From contig OZ243956.1 of assembly GCA_965214405.1 (NCBI GenBank), forward strand, positions 2,016,001 to 2,080,000: 64,000 nt of DNA, read 5' to 3'. The translations under genes were made by a program, and so were the position numbers. Below the pieces are notes generated by a model. The model had not been told where the DNA came from. It saw nothing but the letters and a program-made list of their open reading frames with translations, and searched no databases. The stretch comes from Trueperaceae bacterium (GTDB taxonomy: Bacteria; Deinococcota; Deinococci; Deinococcales; Trueperaceae). The stretch's first letter is position 1; each line of letters starts with the position of its first letter. This document shows, one piece after another, positions 46,026-55,322 of the stretch.

Positions 46026-46849
46026 TGCCAACTGTTAACATCTTTTTGCCGCCGCTACTTGGCGGCTTTCTTTTGGTCAGCTTGTGGTATCCGCTACGCT
46101 ATTGGATACAGCGTCAAGAGGGTTACCGGCTAGTGCTAGCAGCTTCAATAGCAGGTGGCTTTCTCTTATTTTCTTCTCAACTACTGCTGTACTTCTTGGG
46201 AGACACATCCTTCTTTGCGCCTATTTTGACATGGTGGCAGTCTTTCTTACCTGTTCCAAACTCCGCCGTGGGCGTTTTGGCCTTTCTGCTCTCGTTCGTC
46301 TTCTGGGGTGTGCTCGAGGCTTTCTGCCGCTCAATTCCAGCTTTGAGACCTTACAGAATTAGAAGACGTTACATTAACGCTTCGGGAGATGCGTTTGAGC
46401 AAGCTCTACTCAAGGCGATAGAAAAGCAAGACACTGTGTCTGTCACACTCAAATCAAACAAGGTATATGTTGGGCGTCTGGCTACCTCGTTCAATCCTGT
46501 TCGGGGCGTTGAAAGCATTGGTCTCTTTTTGGAAAAAAGTGGCTACCGGGACCCTGTTACCCATGAACTGAACCTCAATGTTGACTACGCCGACACGCAT
46601 CGCAAACTAAACGAACGCATTAGCGAAATTTACAGGCAGATCATTCAGCAAGTTGTAAAAGAGCAGCCAAAAGCTGATGAAGCCAAAGTCATTCGGATAG
46701 TTTATGAGCGAGCTGAAAGCAACATAGAAATAAAGGCACTGGCACGTAACTTTGAAGTTACCATACTGGCTTCCGAAATCGTTTCTGTTGCGCCCTTTGA
46801 ACCCACCATTTTCGCGTCTTATTTTGAGAAACGAGAGAAGCCCAAATAG
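46025..46849 (+). CDS. Hypothetical membrane protein (about 3 TM plus soluble domain)
   Basis: 274 aa, low GC; hydrophobic N-terminus then VSVTLKSNKVYVG. Confidence 0.72.
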   Translation: MPTVNIFLPPLLGGFLLVSLWYPLRYWIQRQEGYRLVLAASIAGGFLLFSSQLLLYFLGDTSFFAPILTWWQSFLPVPNSAVGVLAFLLSFVFWGVLEAFCRSIPALRPYRIRRRYINASGDAFEQALLKAIEKQDTVSVTLKSNKVYVGRLATSFNPVRGVESIGLFLEKSGYRDPVTHELNLNVDYADTHRKLNERISEIYRQIIQQVVKEQPKADEAKVIRIVYERAESNIEIKALARNFEVTILASEIVSVAPFEPTIFASYFEKREKPK

Positions 46850-48324
46850 TTCAAATCTGTTTGAAATCTAACGCCTAACTACGCGCCTCATAAAAGTAAG
46901 CACCACTTGGTATGACAGAATGGGAAACGTAGGTATCACCCTAGTCGCATCAAATTACGCTACCGTTAAACCTCTAAGATTCGCCAGAGCTTCCGCCACC
47001 TCGAGCCCCTTCATCTCAATAATTTCTAGCAGCTCTTCAGGGGTGCGTGTGTCCTCTTCCACCACGGCGTTAGGGTTGACCGCCTTGAGGTCATAAACCG
47101 CGTCTTCAATCGCCCTTGCTTTGTTCCGTAGGTCTCTCGCCTCACGCCCAAGCTTTACGATTTGCTCGTTAAGCGTGGCGACCTTATTTGCATTCCCCTC
47201 ACCCTTAACCAGTCCCGACAAGGTTTGTGCTTCCTGCTCGAGCCGTTGCGCTTTGCCGTACAGCGTTCTGGCTTCCTTCTCCGCCTTTTCGCGTCTGGCC
47301 TTGAAGTTGACGGTCCAACTCCTGTCACCCTCGGCGCGTTCGGGCAAAAGGTCCAAAAACTCGTCAAACTTCTTGAGGGTCAGGGGCGACTTCTTACCCA
47401 CCTTGATATCCGACAGGTCGTAATACCAGATGGTTTCGGTAGGCTTGCCTTCTCTGAAAAAGAGGATGTTCGTCTTGACGCCCGCGCCCGTGCTGCTAAA
47501 CGCCCCGCCCGGAAGACTGAGAACCGCGTACAGGTCGAACTCGTTAAGCAGCTTTGTTTTGGTCTGGACAAAGGCATTTTCATTGGTTCGGAACAGTACC
47601 CCCTCGTCAAGCACGATGCCGCAGCGCCCACCGGGGCCTAAGCTGCTCATCACGTGCTGTAAGAAAAGTACCTGTGTCGCGCTCGTCTGATAGTCGAAGT
47701 CGGTTTGTGCTTGCTTAGACTCTTTACCGCCGAACGGGGGGTTGGTAAGCACGACCTCATAGCGGTCTGGGCTGCTCTGAAAAAGCCCTTCATAAACGCC
47801 GTACCCGGTGAGGGTGTTACCGTGCCACAAGTTAGGCTGATCAATCCCGTGAAGGACGAGGTTAGCTAGCGCGATGGGAAACACGACGTTCTCTTTTTCC
47901 CGCCCATAAAAGGTGAAGTTCTTGAGCTTGGTACGCGCTTCACTCTTTAGCTCGAGCCTCGCTATGTGTTCATAAGCTTGGGCCAAGAATCCCCCTGTAC
48001 CGCAACAAGGGTCATAAATAGTTTCACCCGGTCGGGGGTCAATCGCCTTGACGACGGCGCGGATGACCTCACGCGGGGTAAAGAACTGTCCCCCGTCGTT
48101 GCCCTTCTCACCCATCTTGAGAAGCAAGCCTTCGTAAACCTGAGAGAGCGGGAACTGGTGGGTCGCGTCTATGCGTTGTTCGCTTATCGCGTCTACCATG
48201 TCGAGCACGTCTAACAGGTTCTTCTCTGTGTCTACCCGTGTGCGCTCAGTACTCGAGATGATTTCGCTAATAATCTTTTGCCGGGGTGTGGCGTTCGGTT
48301 GGTCGCGCAATTCATGAAGGTGGG

Positions 48325-49454
48325 CTCAGTACACGACAGATTTGAAATAAAGGGCTCTCCAGTGAAGAATGGATGTTGCGAGACACCACTTCAAGGGAGA
48401 GCATATGAAGCATACCGGGTTGCTGGCACAGTTGAAAGCGAGCGGCTTAAAGCTGCACCCGTCACGGCTTAAGTTCTTGAGCTTGTTGATGATCGCGATG
48501 GTGCAGGCAAAGACGGTGAACTTGGCGACGTTGGTAGGCATGATGGAGGGCAGAGCCCAGCCGGACTCGCTTTACAGACGGGCGCAACGGTTTTTCCAAG
48601 GCTTGCACTTGGCCGATGAGACAGTTTTCAGGTACGCGCTGAGTCTAGGTCCCAAGCGAAGCTACAGCCTGTGCCTAGACCGGACGAACTGGAAGTTTGG
48701 CAAACTCGACATCAACATCTTGACCCTGGCTTATGCGCATGAGGGCGTAGCGGTTCCCTTACTGTGGTGTCTTTTGCCCAAGGCTGGCAACTCCGCCACG
48801 CAAGAACGCATTACGCTTTTGGAGCGTTTGCTAAAACTTTTGCCCGTAGACCAGCTAGAGGTGCTGCTAGCCGATAGGGAGTTCATCGGGGGCGACTGGT
48901 TCGCTTATCTTGAGCGTAAGCACATCCCTTTCGTTATCCGCGTGCGTAAAGACGCTCTCGGTGATGGCTGGTTTCATCTGTTCGGCTTTTTCCAGCATCT
49001 ACCTGTGGGTGAGCACAAGGTACTTAAACAGCGCTACACTGTCTTTGGTGTTGAGCTTGGGGTTGCAGGCGCGCGTTTAGAGGGTGGAGAATACATCATC
49101 GTCGTCACCAACCGCAATCCTAAGCAGGCCCTCGCAAGCTACGCGAAGCGCTGGCAGATAGAATGCTTGTTCAAAGCCTTGAAAAGCAGCGGCTTTGACT
49201 TTGAAGCTACGCATCTCAAGCACCTAGAGCGCATTAACACCTTACTTGTCGTTGTGACCCTGGCTTTCTTATGGGCCTTGAAAGTCGGAGCATTTGTTCA
49301 CCGTCAGCTCAAACCTGTTCGAATGAAGTCGCACGGGCGCAAGCAGAAGTCTTTATTCCGGGCAGGCTTAGACCATCTCAGGCATCTGCTCACCAACTCG
49401 GCAACCAAAAAGCCTGACCTGGACCGCTGTTTTCGGCTTTTGTCGTGTACTTAG
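48325..49454 (+). mobile_element. IS4-family insertion sequence, 1130 bp
   Basis: TIRs CTCAGTACACGACAGA / CTAAGTACACGACAAA (reverse complement of the right end); perfect 9-bp target duplication GAAGGTGGG at 48316 and 49455. Confidence 0.92.
48405..49454 (+). CDS. IS4-family DDE transposase
   Basis: LDRTNW, ADREF, YAKRWQIECLFKALK (Y-R-E-K motif); the stop codon coincides with the IS end. Confidence 0.93.
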   Translation: MKHTGLLAQLKASGLKLHPSRLKFLSLLMIAMVQAKTVNLATLVGMMEGRAQPDSLYRRAQRFFQGLHLADETVFRYALSLGPKRSYSLCLDRTNWKFGKLDINILTLAYAHEGVAVPLLWCLLPKAGNSATQERITLLERLLKLLPVDQLEVLLADREFIGGDWFAYLERKHIPFVIRVRKDALGDGWFHLFGFFQHLPVGEHKVLKQRYTVFGVELGVAGARLEGGEYIIVVTNRNPKQALASYAKRWQIECLFKALKSSGFDFEATHLKHLERINTLLVVVTLAFLWALKVGAFVHRQLKPVRMKSHGRKQKSLFRAGLDHLRHLLTNSATKKPDLDRCFRLLSCT

Positions 49455-49834
49455 GAAGGTGGGGCAAAAGCTTAGTGTTCACAAAGTCGAAAAAAGCACC
49501 CATCGCGCCGTTCGTCAGCTCGCGCCGTTTCCAGCCTCGAGGCTTTTCCCCCTCTACACCAAACGCTTCAGCCGGTAGCTTTTCGTCATAGGGTGCCGCC
49601 CAATCGCGCCAGCGGTAGGGGGACTCGAGCGACGGTTCGTAAGCGCCGCCCAGTAACGCTTCCTCTTCCGCTTCTACTGACTCGCGTTCGTCAAGGATGC
49701 GTAAGAAGAGAATCCAGGTGAGTTCAGGCACGTACTGGAGCGCCCCGGCGCAGTTAGAGCGGCGTAGCACGTCGCAGATGCTCCAAACGTAGCTGTTCAG
49801 GGCTTGGGGTGTGGACAGGTTTAACTCGTTAGCT

Positions 49835-51067
49835 TTAGGCGGCATGGTTTAACCTCGTTGATTGGCCGGTGCCTGTGGGGATGTAACCTAACTCTTTTAG
49901 CTGAGCAAGATGAATTGAAAGCTCACCCCGTAGGAAGTTTTCGGCTTTACCAGGCCAACGCTCGAGTACCTCAGCAAGAATCTCTTTATCTGTCGGGGTC
50001 TGACCATCCAAGAGTAAGTCATTCCAAGCCGCGTAAAGTGTTGCTACTGCCTCGAGCATCTTCGTATCCATGCCTGAGACCTCACTTAAAAACTTGACAA
50101 AACTTGATTTTTTATCACCTAAAAATTTTTCAGCTTCACCGAGTTGCGCTGAAATATCCTCTAGGACCTCATAACGCGGCTTACGCTCTTCATGCGCCTC
50201 AAACCATCCGTTTTGCTCAGCTTGCGCCTCGAGGTCGTAAACAGCTTTGTCAAATGGTCCATATTGACCCCGCCCAAAAGTATAGGCTAGGTTTAGACCA
50301 AAGTACACTTGAGCCATGTAAAGAACTTTCATAAGCTGAGTGACGCCGAAGGTGGGGCGGTTGTGAAGGTGATGGACGATGTAGCTACCGATAAAACCGC
50401 GCAAATCTGAAGCTGAAGAATTGCCTTCTTGATTGGCAAGTTGACCACTAAAGGCTTGACGAAGTAGAGCGGCGGGTAGACTATTTATCGCCTTGAGCTG
50501 TGCTTCTGTAGCGGCTCGAGCCTTATCCACTTCGGCCATTTGCTGATTAACTGCCTCAAGAACTGTGTATTGCTCTTCAAGCGGCGGCAGAGGTATTTCA
50601 AGTTCACTCAAAAAGTCTTTAGGGACTCGCTGCTGTCCTGCCGAACCTGTGAAGGCTAGCTCAGCACGGTTGAGCACAGAAGGTTGCCGCACAAAATAAT
50701 GAATCCATTCCGCTGCAATTTTTGGACCCGGCTTGATTACATGGAACTCAGTTGAGCCAAAAGCAATACCATCAATTAACCCCTTTGCGATAGCGTGTTT
50801 CCCGTTTTGCATACAAGGGGTAATTTTTGCGAAGATTACGTCTCCCTCTTCAAAATAGGTATAACCCTTCTTTACTTCAGCAAACTTTCTTGTTTCTGGC
50901 GTTGTGATAGCACCTGTTGAATCATCCACCGCTGGCATGGGGACGAAGGTTGTTATAGCCTTGTCATTTCGCTCAAGACCGCTTGGCCTACGTGGGTTAA
51001 TTTCGGCCACGTCAGCCAGTCTTACCCACTTCCACCCTTTTGGCAATTCGACTCGAGCCCCACTCAC
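49835..51067 (-). CDS. hsdS: Type I R-M specificity subunit with a single TRD and an extra C-terminal domain
   Basis: LPKGWKWVRL, AKITPCMQNGK, GSAGQQRV, IPLPPLEEQ, LLRQAFSGQL, followed by about 190 aa unlike HsdS. Confidence 0.85.
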   Translation of the reverse strand: MSGARVELPKGWKWVRLADVAEINPRRPSGLERNDKAITTFVPMPAVDDSTGAITTPETRKFAEVKKGYTYFEEGDVIFAKITPCMQNGKHAIAKGLIDGIAFGSTEFHVIKPGPKIAAEWIHYFVRQPSVLNRAELAFTGSAGQQRVPKDFLSELEIPLPPLEEQYTVLEAVNQQMAEVDKARAATEAQLKAINSLPAALLRQAFSGQLANQEGNSSASDLRGFIGSYIVHHLHNRPTFGVTQLMKVLYMAQVYFGLNLAYTFGRGQYGPFDKAVYDLEAQAEQNGWFEAHEERKPRYEVLEDISAQLGEAEKFLGDKKSSFVKFLSEVSGMDTKMLEAVATLYAAWNDLLLDGQTPTDKEILAEVLERWPGKAENFLRGELSIHLAQLKELGYIPTGTGQSTRLNHAA

Positions 51068-53463
51068 GCCGTAAACACCCGCCGCTTGGCCTCACGTATC
51101 ACGTCAGCCGCGTTACCCAAATCCTTTAGCGCCGCCCTTCCTCCCGCCTTGATAATTTCAGAGGTGCGCCACACCTCACGGTTTTCAAAAGCGTCCGTTC
51201 CCGAATCGCCAAACTGCGCCACAAACGCTTTAAGCACATTGCCCGCCCGCTCGGGTAAACCGTCCAGCCACTCCCTGTTATCGTCAAAAAAGCGGTTCAC
51301 CCGGTCTTGGCGGGTGAGGGGTGAGCGTTCGTAAGCGATTTGTGAAAGCACGTCGAACAGGTCATAGTCATTCATCTTTTCAACCTCTTGCACAAGCAAG
51401 GCAGAGAACCCGGCTCGAGTGAGGTTGTCCATAAGCACCTGCCGCGCGTTCGGGTTGACCCACTCATCCGTAAAGGCGTCTAGGTTGGCGGCCTCTTCTT
51501 TAAGCTTCGCGGCCAGCAGGCGCTTATACTCCGCTACCGACACCAACACCTCTTTACCGTCTCGTTCTATCGGTATCTCCGCCCCCTGCGGGGTAATGGC
51601 GTACTCGAACCCTTCGACTTCTATGATTTGCTGGGGCACGCTTGGCCCTTCGCCCTTCGCGCTGCTTTCACGCGGCGGCTTCGTCTTGAACTCTTGCCCG
51701 AACAGCTTACGCACGTTCGTATAGTCAAGCACGTTAAACATGAGTTTGCTAGTGGCGGGGTTTAGCCGCGTGCCGCGCCCTAGCATCTGGTAGAAGCGTA
51801 TGGGGCTCTTCATGTAGGCAAAGAACACGATGTTTTGGACGTTCGGCACGTCCACACCCGTGCTGAGTAGGTCAACGGTGGTGGCGACAAAGTAACTGTG
51901 ATTGCTCCCCCTCAAATCCGGCACAAGCTCGTTACCGTCGCTTTCAGAGGTGCATTTGAAGGCGTAGCGGGGCTTGGGGTCAATCTCTTGTTCCCGGCAC
52001 CACTCCTGATAGATGTTCTCGAGTTTGTTGGCGACCATCTGCGCGTGTGGGTCGCTGGCACAGAAGATGATGGTTTTTTGCTCGGGATTGCCCGACTCTA
52101 AAAAGAAGCTGAACAGGTCACGGCACATGGTATCTACGCGGTCGGGTAACATGATGCGGTTTTCAAAACTGGTGTTCACATAAGACTCGAGCACCTCCTC
52201 ATGGGAAAGCTCGCGCCCCGTCCGGGCGTCTTTCCGCTTGCGCTCGAGGACTTCTTTGCGAAGTATCGCCATCTCATCGGGCGTTTCGCCCCGGTTGACG
52301 TAGCGCCCGATGATGTAGGGAAGCGCCAGATAGCCGTCTTCTACCCCTTGGGTAATGGTGTACTCATAAACGGGCTCGCCAAAGTACGCGTAGTTGTCGG
52401 CGGTTATCTTGTCGTCCTTTGCCGCTTCGGGCGTGTCTACTGCCGTTTTAATCTGCCGGGGGGTCGCGGTGAGCCCAACCTGTACCGCCTTGCTGTTGTG
52501 CGTCAGCACCTTTGACCACTTGCCAAACGCCGAACGGTGGCACTCGTCAATGATGATGTGCGAAAAATAGTTTTCGGGATAGTTGTTTTCTAAGAAGGTC
52601 GTGCTCACCTCACCCTCGTCACCGCCGCCTAAGCCGAGCGTTTGATAGGTGGCGATGAGAATACGCGCGTTCTTTTGGGGTTCGGAACTGCTTACGATGT
52701 CGGCGTCCGCGCCGAAGTAGTTTCTAAACGCTTTAGAGGCTTGAAGGCGTAGGGTCTCGCGGTCACAGATGAACAGGGCTCGAGTGAGTTTGCCCGCGTC
52801 GGCAATGCGCTTCAAAAGGTTCACCGCGATAAAGGTTTTACCGGCCCCGGTGGCAAGGGCTAAGAGGGCGCGGGGGTCGTTGCCGCTTCTCTTGTCTTGG
52901 GCGATCTTCTCGAGGGTGGCGCGTATCGCCGCGTCTTGGTAGTAGCGGCGTATGCCTTCGCCGTCGCTGTAGGGCGTGAGAAGCGGCGCGGCCTCGGGGT
53001 CCGACAGCTTGTAACCTTTCCCCTTCTCGTAGCGTTGTCTTAGCTCTTGAGGGGTGGGGAACTCTGTCATTGGCCTAGCGTCGCTTATCATCCCGGTAAA
53101 GGCGTCAAACTCGACAAATTGATGACCGTTGCTCGAGAACACAAACGGCACGTTAAGGCGCTTGGCTTCAGCGTAGGCCCGCCCCTGGTCAAGCCCGTGC
53201 GCCGGGTGGAACTTGGCCCGCTTCGCTTCGATGAGCGCCAGCGCCACGGGTTGCGTTTCTATGTGGACAGACACGCGTAGAGTGTAATCAGCTTTCCCTC
53301 TACCCTTACGGCGTGCCTTGCGGCCTACCATTTCGATAGCCCCGGCGGTCACTTCGCGGCGGATGTGGTCCTCTTTCCAGCCGCGTTTATATAGTGCCGG
53401 GTCAATGAGCTTGGCTCGAGTGTCGGCTTCGGATAGTGTCAGGTCATCGCTGGGAACACTCAT
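51064..53463 (-). CDS. hsdR: Type I R-M restriction subunit HsdR (EcoAI/EcoEI-like)
   Basis: SEADTR, LIEAK nuclease motif, ATGAGKT, DECH, TATP, QMLGRGTR. Confidence 0.92.
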   Translation of the reverse strand: MSVPSDDLTLSEADTRAKLIDPALYKRGWKEDHIRREVTAGAIEMVGRKARRKGRGKADYTLRVSVHIETQPVALALIEAKRAKFHPAHGLDQGRAYAEAKRLNVPFVFSSNGHQFVEFDAFTGMISDARPMTEFPTPQELRQRYEKGKGYKLSDPEAAPLLTPYSDGEGIRRYYQDAAIRATLEKIAQDKRSGNDPRALLALATGAGKTFIAVNLLKRIADAGKLTRALFICDRETLRLQASKAFRNYFGADADIVSSSEPQKNARILIATYQTLGLGGGDEGEVSTTFLENNYPENYFSHIIIDECHRSAFGKWSKVLTHNSKAVQVGLTATPRQIKTAVDTPEAAKDDKITADNYAYFGEPVYEYTITQGVEDGYLALPYIIGRYVNRGETPDEMAILRKEVLERKRKDARTGRELSHEEVLESYVNTSFENRIMLPDRVDTMCRDLFSFFLESGNPEQKTIIFCASDPHAQMVANKLENIYQEWCREQEIDPKPRYAFKCTSESDGNELVPDLRGSNHSYFVATTVDLLSTGVDVPNVQNIVFFAYMKSPIRFYQMLGRGTRLNPATSKLMFNVLDYTNVRKLFGQEFKTKPPRESSAKGEGPSVPQQIIEVEGFEYAITPQGAEIPIERDGKEVLVSVAEYKRLLAAKLKEEAANLDAFTDEWVNPNARQVLMDNLTRAGFSALLVQEVEKMNDYDLFDVLSQIAYERSPLTRQDRVNRFFDDNREWLDGLPERAGNVLKAFVAQFGDSGTDAFENREVWRTSEIIKAGGRAALKDLGNAADVIREAKRRVFTA

Positions 53464-53612
53464 GGTTCTCTTTAGATTACTATGCTCTGCTCCTTAAAAA
53501 CCGCCGATTGTAAAAAACCCCTCTTACGACCCCGCGCCCCTCCTCTCGCGGGGTCCGTTCTTTGCTACTCTTTTTTATGTGTAAAAAATTGTAAAAGCAA
53601 CTTTCTAGCTAG

Positions 53613-53713
53613 CATCTCCATGAGGTCTCACCATTTTCGACATCTCCATGAGGTCTCAAGTTTTTCATAACCCCATGACAAATGCGCTTTGACTGGCACC
53701 CTATGACAAAGGC
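53613..53713. repeat. Four-unit direct repeat array, 27-28 bp period
   Basis: CATCTCCATGAGGTCTCA at 53613 and 53641; ACCC(C/T)ATGACAAA(T/G)GC at 53670 and 53698. Confidence 0.75.
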
Positions 53714-54092
53714 CCGAACCGCCTCTATAAAATTCGTTCTTTGGTGCTCTTTTTTAGGTGTGGAAAAACCGAATAATGATGCCCCTCTAACTTCCTTCCA
53801 TATGTGCGGGTTGTGCGGTTTGGGTTTTGCTTCCCATGTGTACGAGTTGTAAGGGTTGGGAGTTACTCGAGTCCTCTGTGACAAAGTAAAGAACCCCCAG
53901 CACGAGAGCCGGGGGCGTCTTGGAAGAGGGGCGGGGGTGTGAGGTCGTGATGCACAGCGCCCGCCCAAAAAGAGTGTAGAGGAAGGGCTGTCACAGAACC
54001 CTTACCGCTTTTTACAGTTTTCTTACTCCCCTTTTTTATGGTCTCTAAATACTCCAAATACTCTCCACCGTTCATCCCCCACATCCCCCACT

Positions 54093-54189
54093 TCCATGAG
54101 GTATCAGCGCCTCGAGTAGGTACATGGGCTACCAACGGCTCTATATCTGCATAGGGTATCAGCCGTTCCCGTATCTGCATAGGGTATCG
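54093..54189. repeat. Four-unit direct repeat array, 27-28 bp period
   Basis: TCCATGAGGTATCA 54093, TACATGGGCTACCA 54121, TGCATAGGGTATCA 54148, TGCATAGGGTATCG 54176. Confidence 0.75.
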
Positions 54190-54215
54190 TGTCGCTCCCT
54201 CGTGCAGTGGGGCGT

Positions 54216-54326
54216 TCAGCCCAGCAGCGCCTCGACCTCTTCACACAGCCTGAACGCGCACAGGACATGACGCGCCCGCTCGAGCAGGGGGGCCTCGAGC
54301 TTATCCAGGCGCGTTTTCAGGCTCAC
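54216..54326 (-). CDS. Small RLxxLE-leader protein 5 (36 aa)
   Basis: Manual translation MSLKTRLDKLEAPLLERARHVLCAFRLCEEVEALLG; starts 2 nt after the previous stop. Confidence 0.55.
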   Translation of the reverse strand: MSLKTRLDKLEAPLLERARHVLCAFRLCEEVEALLG

Positions 54327-54328
54327 CG

Positions 54329-54502
54329 CTACACATCCCTCGGGTCTACGCCGATGATGACCTTAGCGCCTCTCGGCGCACCCTCTACGGGTCGGTTCTG
54401 AACGTCGCGCAAGCCGCCCCCGGTCAAGAAGAGTAGGGCCGGGCGGGGTGTCGTGGGTACAGCTTCGCGCTCGAGCTTGCGTAACCTCGTGCTGAGCCTC
54501 AC
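54329..54502 (-). CDS. Small RLxxLE-leader protein 4 (57 aa)
   Basis: Manual translation MRLSTRLRKLEREAVPTTPRPALLFLTGGG...VDPRDV; GTGA overlap, SD GGAGG. Confidence 0.68.
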   Translation of the reverse strand: MRLSTRLRKLEREAVPTTPRPALLFLTGGGLRDVQNRPVEGAPRGAKVIIGVDPRDV

Positions 54503-54912
54503 CCTTTAACCTCCCTCACCGCCCGCGCCAGATGAAGCGAGAACAGCATCATCGCGGCGGCGTCACCCCTTACCCCCTCTTCTTGAAATGCTTTCAGGTA
54601 GCGCTCGAGCACCTCCGGCGGCTCCTCCGGGGGCGGGGGGATGCTGGCGGGGGTGAGGTGGTACTCGCGGTGGTCTAAGTCGGGTATGGTCCAGGACTCG
54701 GACCAGGCTGTGACGCCCCAGGTGTCGAGCCTTTTCATCTCGGCTTCCACTGCGGCGGCGGTAACGGGGTCGGCCTCCTCCAGGAGCATCACGCGCTCCC
54801 AGACCCCGGCGGGTAGCCCCTCCTCCCAGGCGTCGGCGTGGGCGAACCAGGCCGCCTCCCATGCCTCGCGCACCGGGGCCTCGAGCCGGTCCAAGCGGCG
54901 GCTAAGCCTCAC
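54499..54912 (-). CDS. RLxxLE-leader protein 3 (137 aa, acidic, Trp-rich)
   Basis: GTG 54912 gives MRLSRRLDRLEAPVREAW; overlaps the upstream gene. Confidence 0.72.
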   Translation of the reverse strand: MRLSRRLDRLEAPVREAWEAAWFAHADAWEEGLPAGVWERVMLLEEADPVTAAAVEAEMKRLDTWGVTAWSESWTIPDLDHREYHLTPASIPPPPEEPPEVLERYLKAFQEEGVRGDAAAMMLFSLHLARAVREVKG

Positions 54913-55111
54913 GGGCCAGGGCGTCCAGCGCTTCATCCGAAAGGCTCATGAGGTAGGCGTACCTCTGGGGGTCGCGCCGTTTGAAGTCTTCCGCAAAAGC
55001 CTCGAGCGCGTCGTCGGGCCACTCACGCGGGGGTGTGTTGGCGAGGTGCGCCAGGTGCGGGGGGAGTAGGGCGCGCGCTTCTAAAGTCTTGAGACGTTTG
55101 TTAAGTCTCAT
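54902..55111 (-). CDS. Small RLxxLE-leader protein 2 (69 aa)
   Basis: ATG 55111 gives MRLNKRLKTLEARA...MSLSDEALDALAREA. Confidence 0.7.
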   Translation of the reverse strand: MRLNKRLKTLEARALLPPHLAHLANTPPREWPDDALEAFAEDFKRRDPQRYAYLMSLSDEALDALAREA

Positions 55112-55322
55112 GATGTTCAACCCCGCTCGCAGAAACGAGGATGCCCGTGATGCCCGGACCCCCGTGGGGGAGCGCGTCTAACGCTTCTCGGGTGAGGGTG
55201 CGCCCGTCGTCCATATGGAAGAGCCCCGGCGTGTGGGCGTCCTCGGTGGCTATCCAGACCTTCGTCACCTGTCGGCCTTGGGCGGTGCTCTCTAACCTTC
55301 GCAAACGTCTGGGCAGACTCAC
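55101..55322 (-). CDS. Small RLxxLE-leader protein 1 (73 aa)
   Basis: MSLPRRLRRLESTAQG; GTGA overlap with the upstream gene. Confidence 0.7.
   Translation of the reverse strand: MSLPRRLRRLESTAQGRQVTKVWIATEDAHTPGLFHMDDGRTLTREALDALPHGGPGITGILVSASGVEHHET

Larger units (their letters stand above)
46955..49845 (-). pseudogene. hsdM: Type I R-M methyltransferase HsdM interrupted by an IS
   Basis: GQFFTPR, DPCCGTGGFL, NPPF. Removing the IS and one target copy restores ...KLLPHLHELRDQP... in frame (583 aa). Confidence 0.92.

Noticed and set aside
53863..54180. 105-aa ORF (and 53609-53968) across the repeat region
   Set aside because: Peptide doublets (WGMWGM, YLEYLE) just mirror DNA repeats; no SD and no family motif.
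53613..54189. CRISPR or TIGR array call for the 28-bp-period repeats
   Set aside because: Repeats (14-18 bp) and spacers (about 10-14 bp) are too short and degenerate for CRISPR, and no cas or Nop-domain gene is recognisable nearby.
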